Shown: piece after piece, positions 25,393 through 39,637 of the stretch
Layout of the letters: the number at the start of each line of letters is the position of its first letter
Position numbering within the stretch: position 1 is the first letter of the stretch
Origin: Octopus vulgaris
Taxonomy: Eukaryota
DNA: 64,000 bases
Direction of reading: 5' to 3'
Assembly (NCBI GenBank): GCA_951406725.2
Contig: OX597816.1
Coordinates: 62,496,001 to 62,560,000 of the forward strand
Translations under genes and position numbers: made by a program
The notes under the pieces: generated by a model
Databases searched by the model: none
Seen by the model: only the letters and a program-made list of their open reading frames with translations
Told to the model about the DNA's origin: nothing

Positions 25393-25912
25393 CTAGCAGC
25401 ATATCCCGGCGTTGCCCGGGTATGTAAGAGCCCCTAGTAGGCTACGACTAATTCCAATCTAGTCCTTTCCCTCTAATTTCTTGCCAATTTGTGAAAGATA
25501 TTGTCGAAAATATGTCATCTTGAATTTGAACGCGATTTCCCAAAATGGCATGATTTTATCGATTTTTTCTGATGGTAAGGTATTGCATGGAAAACTAACG
25601 TCAGGATTAAGTTTCTTAGGGTAACATTAAGCTTCACCATGAGTTTGGTGAAAATCGATTGCAAGTTGCGAAAACTTCAACAGAAAATGTGTTGCATATA
25701 AAAAGCTTAGATTCTCGGCCCCATGTCCAATTTATCGATTTTTTTCAGAACTGGGGGAACTTTTCAAAATTTTCGCTGCGTTAGTTTTGAATTATGACAT
25801 TGGGCTATGTGTGTGTCAAGTTTCATCAGAATCGGTTGAAAGCTGTGGTCAGGGTGAGGGTACAACCTGACAGACACACAGACAGACAAACTGCCGTTTA
25901 TATAGAGAGAGA
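25393..25912 (-). mobile_element. Non-autonomous Helitron, apparently complete
   Basis: On - strand: A|TC 5' end, subterminal hairpin CCCGG-GCAACG-CCGGG, CTAG|T 3' end, no TSD. Confidence 0.85.
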
Positions 25913-26692
25913 TAAGGGACTTCTAAAACAGCTTAGATATCCCTCTTGTAACCGTGATTCTATTCGAAGGATTGCTATGTGTAAGCGCTATCATGAAGTG
26001 GAAGATGAGGCTGGTCCCTCTTCATGGGATAGGAATAATATCCAAAACCAATTTCGCAAGGAGACATAAAACGTTAAGAATACTCGTGGAAGCAGTTATA
26101 ATAAGTCATAATAAGTTAAATCAGTGCGATGTTTGTGTTTGTAGGATGATATATAGAAAGAATAGTTTCCCTCGACATCTCCATCCGAGGAAGTTTGTTT
26201 TAGATTAACTTCGCAGGTAGTGAGGCCGTCAAAGAAATATCATCAGTTAGGAGTGTTTGAAGTGTGATAAAAAAAATCATATGAATCTAGAAAACCTTTG
26301 AAAAGTGACGCCCAGTTATAAGAAAAGAAGGATTGGTTTTTACATTTGCTTTTGTGATATAGATAACATTCTATTAATTCGAGTAACGTATTTAATAAAA
26401 CGGAGAGTGAACGAACTTTGATTACTTGTTGTAGATAACGAACATTTAAGAATAGTAACGAGATATATTGTTTTCAGATTTTGAGAAGAGTATTGTTAAG
26501 TAGTTTATGTTAGATGAATGGGGCGGTATTGGTTTGTTCATTACCCTATATCATACAAATAATTCGGATTTCGAACTATAATTTATACATATTTAATAAA
26601 CATATTTAAACTAATCTCGAATAAGGAGCGAGATAACGTTCACGTATCAATAATAAATGAGGATTAATAACTTATCAGCAGAAGTTACTTCT

Positions 26693-26884
26693 TGGAGTAT
26701 TTCATTCTTGAACAAATGATTTGTACGTTCTGTCATATATTAAGTATGAATCGTTTAAATGTAGAAGGGGTGAGAGTGAAGGAACAATGAAAGATTTTCA
26801 CTTGAATACTATGAAGTATTACTTTGAAGTAATTATATCGAAAGTAAACAGGGAACTGGAAGGTAGTAACATGTCGAAATACCA
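26693..26884 (+). repeat. Segment duplicated at 41241-41419
   Basis: High identity with one short indel. Confidence 0.9.
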
Positions 26885-27085
26885 AGTGCTGAGTTCATAC
26901 AATTTTGAAATATATGAACGACGTCAATGAAAGGAAAGAAACTTAGTCGAAAATCTAAACCTGGCCCACATCAGCATGGTTTGAAATTTGGTTTTTGTTT
27001 AAACCAAACTTATCTTTGATTTAACAATCCAAAATCAAAACTAGATGTGACCGTTTCATCTCTTTGTGTGTTTTTTTAAAATGTA

Positions 27086-27478
27086 CGTAGGAGCGGCTGT
27101 GTGGTAAGTAGCTTGCTAACGAACTACATGGTTCCGGGTTCATTCCCACTGCATGGCATCTTGGGCAAGTGTCTTCTACTATAGCGTCGGACCGACCAAA
27201 TCCTTGTGAGTGGATTTGGTAGACGGAAACTGAAAGAATCCCGTCGTATATACGTATACATGTATTGCATATGTTTGTGTGTCTGTGTTTGTCCTCCCAA
27301 CATCGCTTGACAAATGATGCTGGTGTGTTTACGTCCCCGTAACCTAGCGGTTCGGCAAAAAGAGACCGATAGAATAATTACTAGGCTTGCAAAGAGTTGG
27401 TCCTGGGGTCGATTTGCTGCGATAGAGGCGGTGCTCCAGCATGGCCACACTCAAAATGACTGAAACAAGTAAAAGAGT
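27086..27478 (+). mobile_element. SINE B, full length
   Basis: All family B blocks. Confidence 0.9.
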
Positions 27479-28172
27479 ACTACATTATCCATTGTGCTGC
27501 TTGTTCGTTCTTTGTTTTCAGATACCCTAATGTGATTTGAGGAAGATTTTTCTGCTATTATTAATATCATGGATGATGTTGCTGGCGGCGTTTAATTATT
27601 TCTTTCGCATTCAATTACTCAATTAAAATCCATTACGTAGAGCGGCTATAGGTGCACGGCAAGAGAAGAAGATATCTCATACATTCTGAACCATCAACCA
27701 ACCTCATGTTTTACACCATCTTTCTCTCTTCCCAGTTCTTGATATTCCTCAAGCAACCTTTTTACCGACAGCCCCCCCCATCACCACCACCACCACCACC
27801 ACCACACATACACTACACTCCTTCAGACAAACACACTAAAAAAAAATTTTGCAAGCGAAAACACGAACATGTATTCTGAAATGGGAGGAGAACTCAGATT
27901 TCATACTTGAAGTTGCTTTCTTCCGTGGAATTATTTCTGAAGAAGTATGATGCTTAGAAAATTGAGAAATGGAACGTAGGTACATTACATTTACTAAACA
28001 AAATACAGTCTCTAAATATAATAAATTTTATAATTTATCAATTATATTATTAGCGTTTTCATGACACCTAACAATGAATTCGGCAAAAAGATTTTTTACA
28101 TTCGTCCGGATTGTGATTCCAGGTTTATCGGTATCAATTTTTTAACATTAAAATAACTGTACTATTATAAAC

Positions 28173-28213
<41 letters not shown>

Positions 28214-28756
28214 TGAACAATTTTAAAGAATTTTCATATTCTTAGCATTGTATTAAATATTTATGAAATTACTTTTATCGTTGTAAAGCTGCTAGACTTT
28301 ATAAGCAATCAAAATGAAAAAAAATTCCAGTTGTAAAGGCATTTTCAAAATGATCAGTAAATATAAAAATAATCTAAATTTACGATGAATTGTCTCGTTA
28401 GATATTGTGTTTCATTTTTTCCTCATTTATTTTATTCCTTATTTTTTCTATGATCAATTTAATTTTTTATTTTTCAAATTTCAAAAACGGTAAACAAAAA
28501 TTGTAGATTGAAAAAACAACGAACAAAAAAAGAAAGAACAAGAGAAAAAAAACCCCACGAACACTACGATAGCAATATTTTTCTAACTAGTTCAAATAAA
28601 ATTTAAATGGGACAAAATGATAATGTGGATCAAATAACGAATGAATTTATTTGAGAAGCAATACACGCACAGAACATATAAGTGTGAAAGTGATACGTAG
28701 ATAATATTAAGAGAAAAATATTACGCGAGGTCTAAGATGATAAGAGTTACTTAAAG

Positions 28757-29087
28757 TTCCGGGTCCAGTGCTACTACGTGGCACTTTGGGCAAGTGTCTT
28801 CTATCATAGCCATATGGCCGACTAAAACCTTGTGAGTGGATTTGGTAGACGGAAAAAGTCTGTCGTATATATATCTTTGTGTGTCTGTGGTTGTCCTCCC
28901 AACATCGCGTGACAGATGCAGGTGTGTTTACGTCCCCGTAACTTAGCGGTTCGGCAAAAGAGACCGATAGAATAAGTACTGGGCTTACAAAGAATATGTC
29001 CTGGGGTGGAATTGCTTGACTAAACGCGGTGCTCCAGCATTTGCCGCAGTCAAATGACTGAAACAAATAAAAGAATAAAAGAATAAA
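28757..29087 (+). mobile_element. SINE B, 5'-truncated
   Basis: Family B blocks, tail (AATAAAAG)n. Confidence 0.88.
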
Positions 29088-29904
29088 GTGAAAGGCAAAG
29101 GGTCAACATTTAAAATATGATTAGAAATATATAAGTGAATATGTGAAAACATATGGGGATTGAAGTAATTTTCTAATAAGTTAAAGGAGTTGCGTATTTT
29201 CTATTAGTAAAAGTAGCAGTAAAGAAGGAAAAATTATTTAATTGAAAGAACAAATTAGATTTTAAATATAAACAGGAGAGTAAAGGCGAATGAGATATAA
29301 TATAAAAATAATAAGAAAAATGTAGCGAATAGAAGGATAAATATAGTAATATGGGCGTAGTAAGCAGTGCTAAGAGCGCAAAAAAAGGATGTGTAAAAAA
29401 TTTTAATATATTTTTATGAGGACCACAAATGAAATCATAAACAAATTTAAGATATTCTTATGTAAATATGAATTAAATTATTAAAGGGGACAGGAAGGGG
29501 AATGGGATAAAAGGGGAGAAATATAATTGGATTAAATAAAATTTAAGAATAAAATTTCCAAAGTAAATTGGAGAAAGATGAAGAGATAATATTTGATTAA
29601 ATAAAATAAGGTGAAATAAATGAGGGCAAAGTTTGAATTAGGCAAATGTAAAGATAGAGATACCGAAATAAATCTAAAATTATTAGAAAAGAGTATGCCG
29701 TAAAGATTTATTCAGTTTTAAAAAGCTAAGGAAATGTGAGGGTAAAACTACATGCAAAATGATCCTAGGGGTTAGAAAATCAAGAAAGAATATTGATGTT
29801 AAATGGATTTAAAAACTAATTGTAATAGAGACAACTAAAATTCTTAGAAAGTTGTAAATAATCAACTACTTTGTATCCGATAAGTTCGGCATTAATATAT
29901 CTCA

Positions 29905-30616
29905 TAAGTGGTCTGATCAATAAGTATCCGGACTGCTGGCATAGTAACGAAGCTAAAGCATGCACAGATTGATCTTGAACTCTGCTGTGCAGGAATGCTA
30001 CCTTTTAACGTTCAACCTCACTTCCACTGCTTACGGCAGTGCTTGAAAGGCTGGTGTGTTGCATGTGATCGTTGCATTGACCATGACAGAAAAATTTGTG
30101 CAGAGAATTTTATCAGATTTTGGCACAAACTAGGCAGACACGCAGCTCATACTCGAATCTTCAGTGATAACGGACTGAACTGAACAGTAACTAATCTGCA
30201 CATCCTCACATTCGACGATTTCCCCTCACAGCTGCACGCACATCTGCGAGGATTTTTCTCAATTCCGTTGGTTGTGGGTCTCCCTGAACGTACGTCAATA
30301 TCGACATTTTTCGGCCATCTCGGAAACGTCTGAACTATTTGTATACTTGAGAGCGGCTCATACACTCCTCTCCATACGCTTTCTGCAAATTTGCGTCGGC
30401 CTCTGAGCAGGTATCGGCATGGCAGCTTTATCTATCATTGTAAATGCGACAATCACATGCTACACACCTTTCTTCTTAGCACTGCTGTAAACAGCAGAAT
30501 TGTGCTAGTTCAAACACAGTACGCATGCGCAACAGATTTCATAGTCAATTTGTGCCAAGCGGATTCACTCTGCGTACAGGAGCCTCATTACGGGTACTTA
30601 TTGATCAGAGATTGTA
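29905..30616. mobile_element. mariner-derived non-autonomous element built from two inverted 5' ends
   Basis: TIR TCTGATCAATAAGTA(T/C)CCG at both ends. Transposase N-terminus on both strands (GEECMSRSQVY, RSGRPTT on -). Confidence 0.75.
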
Positions 30617-31073
30617 TATACGTTATATTCCAAATTACTGGTATGTATATATATATATATATATATACGATTCATTACAAATTCCTTGTATCTGAAAAAT
30701 GCTGACAAATGGTTGATAAAGCTTTAAATAGTTATATATATACATATATATACTATAAATAAAATATAAATATATGCATACATACATACATGTACATACC
30801 TACATATATAAGTATATTTACATGCATATATGGGTACAGGACATCCAAAAACGTTGAAGACAATGAGAAACGAAAACATAAAAACAAAAATATAGAAAGG
30901 AACTTTTTCGAACAACGAAAAAAAAATAAACAGAGAAACGAGACATACAACATACAACAGTTGTAAAAGGATATATATAATCTTGTTTAAATTAAATTTA
31001 AGTGTTATAGAATAATAAAGAAATTTTTTTTAAGAAAGGGAAGGAATTTAAAAAAAAAATATTGCAGAACATA

Positions 31074-31492
31074 GGCGCAGGAGTGGCTGTGTGGCAAGTA
31101 GCTTGCTTACCAACCACATGGTTCCGGGTTCAGTCCCACTGCGTGACACCTTGGGCAGGTGTCTTCTACTATAGCCTCGGGCCGACCAAAGCCTTGTGAG
31201 TGGATTTGGTAGACGGAAACTGAAAGAAGCCCGTCGTATATATGTATTATTTTTTTATGTGTGTGTGTGCGTGAGTGTTTGTGTGTCTGTGTTTGTCCCC
31301 CTAGCATTGCTTGACAACCGATGCTGGTGTGTTTACGTCCCCGTAACTTAGCGGTTCGGATAAAAGAGACCGATAGAATAAATACTAGGCTTACAAAGAA
31401 TAAGTCCTGGGGTCGATTTGGTCGACTAAAGGCGGTGCTCCAGCATGGCCGCAGTGAAATGACTGACACAAGTAAAAGAGTAAAAGAGTAAA
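31074..31492 (+). mobile_element. SINE B, full length, young
   Basis: Closest to the consensus of the window's copies. Confidence 0.93.
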
Positions 31493-32104
31493 AAAGGTAA
31501 TATAAAGTAAATACATTTTTGTTTCGATAAATGCAAGGGTTTTCGTTTTCAGAAAGCGATTCCCCGGTTTATTATTGTTTTTGTAAAGTTATAGTAAATG
31601 TTATTTGTGTTGATTTTATTGTTCATGTTTCTACTAGTGTAAATTCTGTTTGATGATGTAGGAGACCTATCACAGGATGGTAATCCTGTTTCAGACTACA
31701 TACTATGAAGATTCAGGCGTGTATATGCACACACAAATATACGTATACGCACTCATACACACATATACATATGTATATGCTCATACCTCATATATATATA
31801 TATATATATAAAATAATAATAATGAAAATAAAAATAACAATAAATTAAAAAATTAAAAAATTAAAAGTTTAAAAATTTATAAATTTAAAATTTGAAAATA
31901 TAAAAAATATAACAAAAAATAAAAAAAATATAAAAATTTATAAATATAAATTAAAAATTTTAAATTTAAATAATTTAAATTCTAAATTTTGTATTTCATA
32001 TATTTTGTATATTATATTAATTATATTAATTATATTTATTTTTATGTTTTGGTTTATGTCTTTCACTGTTTGATTTGCCTAATAGTAGTTTTATCTCTAA
32101 TTTA

Positions 32105-32188
<84 letters not shown>

Positions 32189-32588
32189 AACACACATATA
32201 TTGTCATAAATTGCAGAGAAGTATTTAGATGAAGCTTTATTTACGGACAAAAAATCCAAATATGACGACACATTTGTTTCATAACGTAGAAAAATATGTA
32301 AATAACTTATATTGACATATTTAATAATAAATAAGCTACTTACATGTCTGCACTAATACAAAATGTAAAGAATTCTTTCAAAATAATACAGAATTCGAGC
32401 TACGTCATTAGGTGAAATATATTTTATGACAACGCTCCTTATGTTTTTCTCTGTTACTATATAGTATATATAGTTTGTACAATGACACATTAAGAAGCTT
32501 TTTTCTATGAATGCTACCGGATTACTTGAATCCATACATTGTGATTTGAATACATACATACATACAAACATACATACATACTTATATA

Positions 32589-32649
<61 letters not shown>

Positions 32650-33099
32650 ATATAAATATACATACATACATATATATTTATATATATATGTATGTATGTA
32701 TGTCTATATATATATATATAATGTAAATATATTAATTCATATACATAGATACGTGTATGTCTTCATTTTTAGACGCATGTTTCATACATCCATGCTTCTA
32801 CTTATATATACAGGATAGCGGGCGTGTCATTATACGTATATCAAGAAATACACGACATTAGTATAAACATACCAACATGCTAAATTTCTATTTCTGTCCA
32901 ATCAGAGAAGTCACTTGTGTTTATTACATCTAAGTTATCATTTAATAAAATTTTGTATTGGCGTCACCGACTGAAAGACAGTAGGCGTATATAGTCAGTG
33001 TTGTGTGTTAAGTAGAGCATAAAGTATCGAGGCTTTGTTTGGATTAGTTAATACAATATAATATTCTTTCGTTAATCTCTAGTCGTTCAGTCCCTTCAC

Positions 33100-34310
33100 C
33101 AGTAGAAATGGATGAGAAAAAATAGTTAGGTAAGACCTGCCCTCCATAAGTATCTCTCTATTCACCCAAGGGTGGTTATCTTGTCTATGATTCCCTGATT
33201 TGTTGGCGTTCTACCGTCATTCCTTATCCAAGTTTCATAACCGATTCTCGATAACCTTTGCATGTTATAATGAAGACTAGATTTTCCGGCTTGTACGCGA
33301 AATTGTTTTTAATTGTGGCAGTATGAACCTATTTATGTAGAATTTGGGTCTCTTAAACAAGCAGCTAAATATGCCATAGCTTACATTTACATTAGCAGTT
33401 TTAAAGGTATGCGTACATAAATATCCTTTTAGTGAGTTTGTTTGTGATTTGCTTTTTCTAATTACTTATTTTTTCGTGGACGTTTTTAAGCTTTTGATCC
33501 TGTAATAATAGTGACAGGTGTTGATAGATGTTAAAAATTTCGGTATTGCTTTGGATAAAAATTGAAATATATTGAAATTGCATTTCTTTTCTTTTTTTTT
33601 TAATGTTATTTGAAGTTCTCAGATGTAAATTAATTTCTCTTTTTGAATTCTAAATTAATTCCCGTTTATGGAGCATTTACTTATCATATATACCTTTCCA
33701 TTTTGTTCCAGGGTTTGGTGCAATTGTGCATATTCGTTTCGCCAGACTGAACGGAATGTTGTTTTGGATGTGTTTAAATTCACGCGATGAACAGAAGAGG
33801 CCTTGTCTTGAGTCTAGATTGTGTAAGAATGGGAGTTTATCATTCCTGAATATCACTGCGAAGTGAATATGTCGGTGTATACTGTTTACAATGTTTTGAA
33901 ATTGTCAGTATCTAAGTATTTTCCCTCCATAAAATGAAACAATCGTCCAGAAACCGCTTTCAATTTACTTTAAAAAAAATAACAACGCGTTACCGGATAT
34001 GAAGCCAATGTTTTCTGTAAGACAGAAACCATCTTCAATAAAGTTCTTATCTCCGCATTCTAGTACTTCATACGTTATTAAGTCAAGTTAATATTCGATA
34101 GCTCCGGTTCCATAATTGTGAGGAATGCTACTATATAGATTCATAACATCAAATATGATAATATACATATTTACATTATTTATACGATTTAGTATGTCCA
34201 AATCATCTCGTATAAAACGCTTTATGCACTTCAGGAAGGGTTTTAACAATGTGTTTCCAATGGTGATAAGACGTTTACACATTCTGTTCCTACACGTGTT
34301 TCATTAATTA
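33100..34310 (-). mobile_element. Penelope-like retroelement RT pseudogene
   Basis: LLKPFLK..FIRD, FDVMNLYSSIPH, KRFLDDCFI, KLPFL, NIPFSLAKRICTI motifs, internally deleted. Confidence 0.85.
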
Positions 34311-34742
34311 GTTTATTCATATATAACTTACATAGTCGATAGATGTTGCTTGCTCTATATTTGAAGAATGTAAAGCAATTCAATTCTTTAGAACTAGGAG
34401 TATATTATAATTTATATATTTAATCGAAAGAGTTACTCAAATCGTAATATTAGTATTATTCGCGGTAGTATTACTACTATAAGCCAGCAGCCATAAGGAG
34501 AAAACCACAACCAGCACCGTATGAATTTCCTGAACAGATATCATGAAAAATTGATTTAATTTATTTCAATATATTTTCTTTCTTTCCCATCATGCAGAAA
34601 TCGTCTTTAAAATGATTGGGACGGGTAGCATATTCTTATAAATCGTATACATATTTTATATATTTGTCCATAATAAAGTTCTGAGCTCATATTCTTCATA
34701 AATTTACAAGTGTGAAACCTCTTTGCCTTTCAATATGAATAT

Positions 34743-34794
<52 letters not shown>

Positions 34795-34918
34795 GTACGT
34801 GTATGTGTGTGTACCTGCGTGTATGTGTGTGAGTATGTTTTTGCGTGTAAATCGTATTTGTGTGCATCTACGTGTGGGTACCTGTGTGCGTGCATCTACG
34901 TGTGGGTACCTATATGGC

Positions 34919-34974
<56 letters not shown>

Positions 34975-35609
34975 GTACATAATATATATATATGCACATG
35001 CATATACACGTACACATATATAGGAATACACGTGCGTACTCCTATTTCAGGTATGTATGCGTATGTAGTTGACTGCGTGGTTTACATGTGTATATAGAAA
35101 TGAATACTTATTCCTACTCATATCAATTTCGAACGAACCAAAAATATGATTTCTTCATAGATATCATATTAAATGCGATTGCTTGTTGCTAAGGATTTAG
35201 GATTATATGATAACTGTATGAATGTAATTGCTAAAATTAAAATAGAGAAGCAGACTTTCTTACAGCTTATTTTGGAGTTTCAAAGCAATTACTGCTATTG
35301 AACGAGGTTTAATAGCATTAGGTAGTTCATTGTTACACGACTTTAATGAAATTCGTAGATTAGTAATAAAGGCCAGCTAATATAATAGCTTTATTTATAA
35401 TGAAGTGTTCTTCTGGCAAGAAACTTCCGATAAATGTTAATAAAATTCGTAATGTTAAAGGACTTTTCTGACAAATACTACAAGATTTCACCGCAATAAT
35501 CGATGAAACATTAACTCACGTATCGCACGCATAAATACGTAATTACATACTTATAGATATACGTGCATGTATACATACAGACATACATCTATATGTATAT
35601 GTATCTCTT

Positions 35610-35684
<75 letters not shown>

Positions 35685-36444
35685 GTGTGTATCTACAAGT
35701 ATTTATGTATATAGGAATATATACCATATCTACCTAGGTATCTACATATCTATGTATGTATGAATGTATGTATGTATGTACGTATCTGTCTATCTATCTA
35801 ACTATACATATCTATACATGTGTGTGTACTGTACACACACACAATATATATATATATATATATATATTTATTTATATACACATACATACATACATACATA
35901 CATACATACATACATACATACATACATACATACATACATACATACATACATACATACACATACATACATACATACATACATACATACATACATACATACA
36001 TACATAGACATATATTAGCTGATCCACAATTGCTAAATCTATTTTATATGAAGTCAGAGTTAGGTAGCAAAGGGAATTCTAGATATAGAATTTAGTTATT
36101 AAAATGTATTGTAAACACACATAGAATTCGGGATATATTAATATTGAAAGCGAGAAATACGAGAAATAAGATTGTGTTCTTAACGCGAACAAATAGCATT
36201 CGAGTTCCGTTTTGCATTTACTGATTACAAAACATTTGCCTGAAGATCATTATTGTTTCTTGTATACTAAATGAACTTTCATGAATATCATATTCGATGG
36301 CATATCTGTGTGGTTAGGAATTTCAGTGGGTATCGATGAGGTTTCAGGTCTCATCCCACTGCATTTAAACATCTCTAAAACGTAATGTGAAAAACCAACA
36401 AACCACAAGTAGTGGCGAATGTTCAAAGTCACCTTATACAAAAT

Positions 36445-36509
<65 letters not shown>

Positions 36510-36536
36510 CAATATGTGTGTGTGTGTGTGTGCGTG

Positions 36537-36841
36537 CAAAGGCTCATGGTTCAGTGATTTGATAGTCGGGCTTAGTACCATTAGATAGTGAGTTCGATTC
36601 TGGGACCAGGCTGTGTGTTGTGTTCTTGAGCAAGACACTTCATTTCATATTGCTCCAGTCCAGCTGTTGGAATGAGTTGCGAACGTCACTGGTTCCAAGT
36701 TGTATCGGCCTTTGCTTTTCCTTTGGATAACATCGGTGAGGTGGAGAGGGGAGGCTGCTATGCATGGGTGACTGATGGTCTTCCATAAACCACTCACATG
36801 GTTCGGGGTTCAGTTCCACTATGTGGCACCCTGGGCAAGTA
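36537..36841 (+). mobile_element. SINE D-like copy with a different tail, followed by a SINE B head fragment
   Basis: GAGTTCGATTC, GTTGTGTTCTTGAGCAAGACACTTCATTTCA, then CACATGGTTCGGGGTTCAGTTCCACT. Confidence 0.75.
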
Positions 36842-37465
36842 AAATTATTTCCTAATGTCTGTTGATATCAACCAAACAATAATTAATTGCAATACGCACA
36901 GTGAACTTAGAAATCTCGAGGATGGCATACATTTTAATTTTGAATACATTTCAGCAGATTCGAATGTGACTCAAAGGAAATTATCATATTCGTATTCTCA
37001 TCTATCGGAACATATTAAGAATGAATATGTATGTAATTGTGTTGATTCTCGTTATTCAATGTGCATATAATAATTTAGCATCTTATGTTTTGTGTAAATG
37101 TTGCCCATACACTTGAGAGCAATGTAAATCTATGAACAACCACTAAGGAAACTGGTTTTCGTTTCCTGTGACGCGGTACTTCTTATGACGTAAGAGTTCA
37201 TTTGTGGAAGTACAGAAAGATTATGCTAAACGAACTCTGTTTCATTTTTGCAGTCTCTTTTTTCCTATCCCCTTCATGACTCAAATCAGCAAAAGACTCT
37301 TTTATTGTGTGACTTGCGTCAACAACTAATCCCTTAATTTTCGGTAACCATGTAAATTTAATTGAACAAAAGCGGTTTGGACTTGCCGCCAGATTGACTG
37401 GAAACTACCTTCATTTCTGCCTCCTTTTACCACTACAATATTTGTACTTTTACTCTTTTTTTTTT

Positions 37466-37663
37466 ACTCTTTTACTTGTTTCAGTCATTTGACTGTGGCC
37501 ATGCTGGAGCACCGCCTTTAGTCGAGCAAATCGGCCCCAAGACTTATTCTTTGTAAGCCTAATACTTACTCTATCGGTCTCTTTTGCCGAACCGCTACGT
37601 TACAGGGACGTAAACACACCAGTATATGTTGTCAAGCGATGTTGGTGGTGGGGACAAACACAG

Positions 37664-37736
<73 letters not shown>

Positions 37737-37905
37737 CGTACACACACATATATACGACGGGCTTCTTTCAGTTTCCGTCTACCAAATCCACTCACAAGGC
37801 TTTGGTCGACCCGAGGCAGAAGACACTCGCCCAAGGTGTCACGCAGTGGGACTTGAACAATGTGGTTGGTAAGCAAGCTACTTACCACACAGCCACTCCT
37901 GCGCC
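37466..37905 (-). mobile_element. SINE B, full length
   Basis: All family B blocks. Confidence 0.92.
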
Positions 37906-38039
37906 TTTTGCTTTTTTTTTTTAGTTCACAAATCTTTAATGTCTCATAAGAGGAAAGAGGACGAGGATAGAATCATTTTGATTTCTAGTGTAACCGCCTT
38001 GAATGATGGAGCAGAAAGTTTTGGGCTACATAATTTTTT

Positions 38040-39480
38040 TTTTTACATTTATTTCCAGTATGATATTTTCGAACGTAACTTTGAAGCCATCTAAGTTTGC
38101 CGAACATTTCAATAAAAAAATGTGATAAAGTAGATGGAAATGACATTGAATAATTGATCGCCGAGAAATTCCACCAAAGTTGGGATTTGGATTAATAGAA
38201 AAACCTTTACTTCAAGCATTCTATTAAGATGCCTATCAAGGGGTTAAGGAAGAAAAAAAAAACTTCACTGCATCGGATCGGTGAGTGATTAATGAAATCT
38301 TGTGAAGTAGAAATGATCAAGATTGTTCATGGTAAAAATGCGGAAAAAGATGTGTAGCGGGTACTAAGATCAAAAGACATCATAAGAAATGCCATTGTGG
38401 ATATGAAACAGTGTAGCTTTGAGCTGTTGACATCAATGAAAGTACGATGAAATTATCACTGCGGTCGTATGAGTCAACAAGTGGTTCCAACTGTAACTAA
38501 GATTATTTTTGCTCGATGTATCAAGGAAGAACATGTGAGAGAACTCATTTTATTCTGTGAACCACTGGAAATAACAGGGAAATTACTGAATGCATTCAAT
38601 TTTGTTTCTTTTGCTTGGCATGGATTTATTATATACATCATAGGCTCTCTTTGCACTGGTGGTGAGTTATTTATGTTTGCGGAAAGTATCTGGATTCTCT
38701 GCGCTCATAAGAATGAATATTCCAGACCCACATATTACTCACTGTCTTCTTCACCAACATTCTTTGGCAGCGGAAATTTTAATTCATAATTTGCAAAGAG
38801 TGTTTAGCATATTTGTAAATATTATCAATAGAATGACAGGATCCCTTTCAGATATAGTTCACTCCAAATATTTTACGAAGTCATGAGTTACGAACAAAGG
38901 AATTTTCATTTAGTGTTCAACGTTGGAATTGTTATTCCGTGAACAGGTTTTGGACCTCATATTTGTGCTTCGCGAAACGCGATCTGGAGCATTTTTGAAC
39001 AACGATTGTCCAAATCACAAGAGTTTGTATAAAGGTTAGCATTATTTTACAAAGTGATTCTTTAAAGAAAACCAAGAAACGTAGCTATTGTATGAATGTG
39101 CCAGACGCCCATCCATTAAAGAGAAAATTCCGTTATAGACGAGAAATTTTGAAAACGGAAACCTGTCAAGATTCTTGTCATAGGAATATTTTAATGAAGA
39201 CGAATAATTTATTTTAAACTTTTCAGATGACTATTTCTTAATCAGTACTCTCAATGTTTTTTTATGACTTCTCCGCTGGATATTTGGATGTGAATGACCG
39301 CTGGTTAGGCAATCTGCTTCGTTTCAAAATTTGTGACAGGCTTGGCCATTTTCTTAACATAAAGAAATAATTGAAAAAGATAGTCATCCAACAGAAATGG
39401 ACTTCAATTTAAATTGACTTAGGACTTACAAGTTCCAAATAATTCGAAATGAAAAAATGAGCACTTTTTAAAAGTGTATT
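38040..39480 (+). mobile_element. hAT (Buster/Charlie-like) transposase pseudogene
   Basis: ELILFCEPLE, LCTGG, SGF..., THCLLHQHSLAA (CxxH motif), frameshifted. Confidence 0.8.
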
Positions 39481-39600
39481 CTTCGTATATAATGGCATAT
39501 ATCAGGAAAATGGGGTTCCGTCGCTATCTTATAACTGCACAAATTTTATTATCGTGATATGACTTTTTTAATTTTGTGATTACAAAAATTACAACACAAA

Positions 39601-39637
39601 GATGCAGGAGTGGCTGTGTGGTAAGGAGCTTGCTTCC
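39601..39637 (+). mobile_element. SINE B head, left part of a split copy
   Basis: GCAGGAGTGGCTGTGTGGTAAGGAGCTTGCTTCC, continuing at 41089. Confidence 0.85.

Noticed and set aside
27933-27972. CTGAAGA...GAAA hammerhead-like words
   Set aside because: Stems I and III and the cleavage triplet do not form convincingly.
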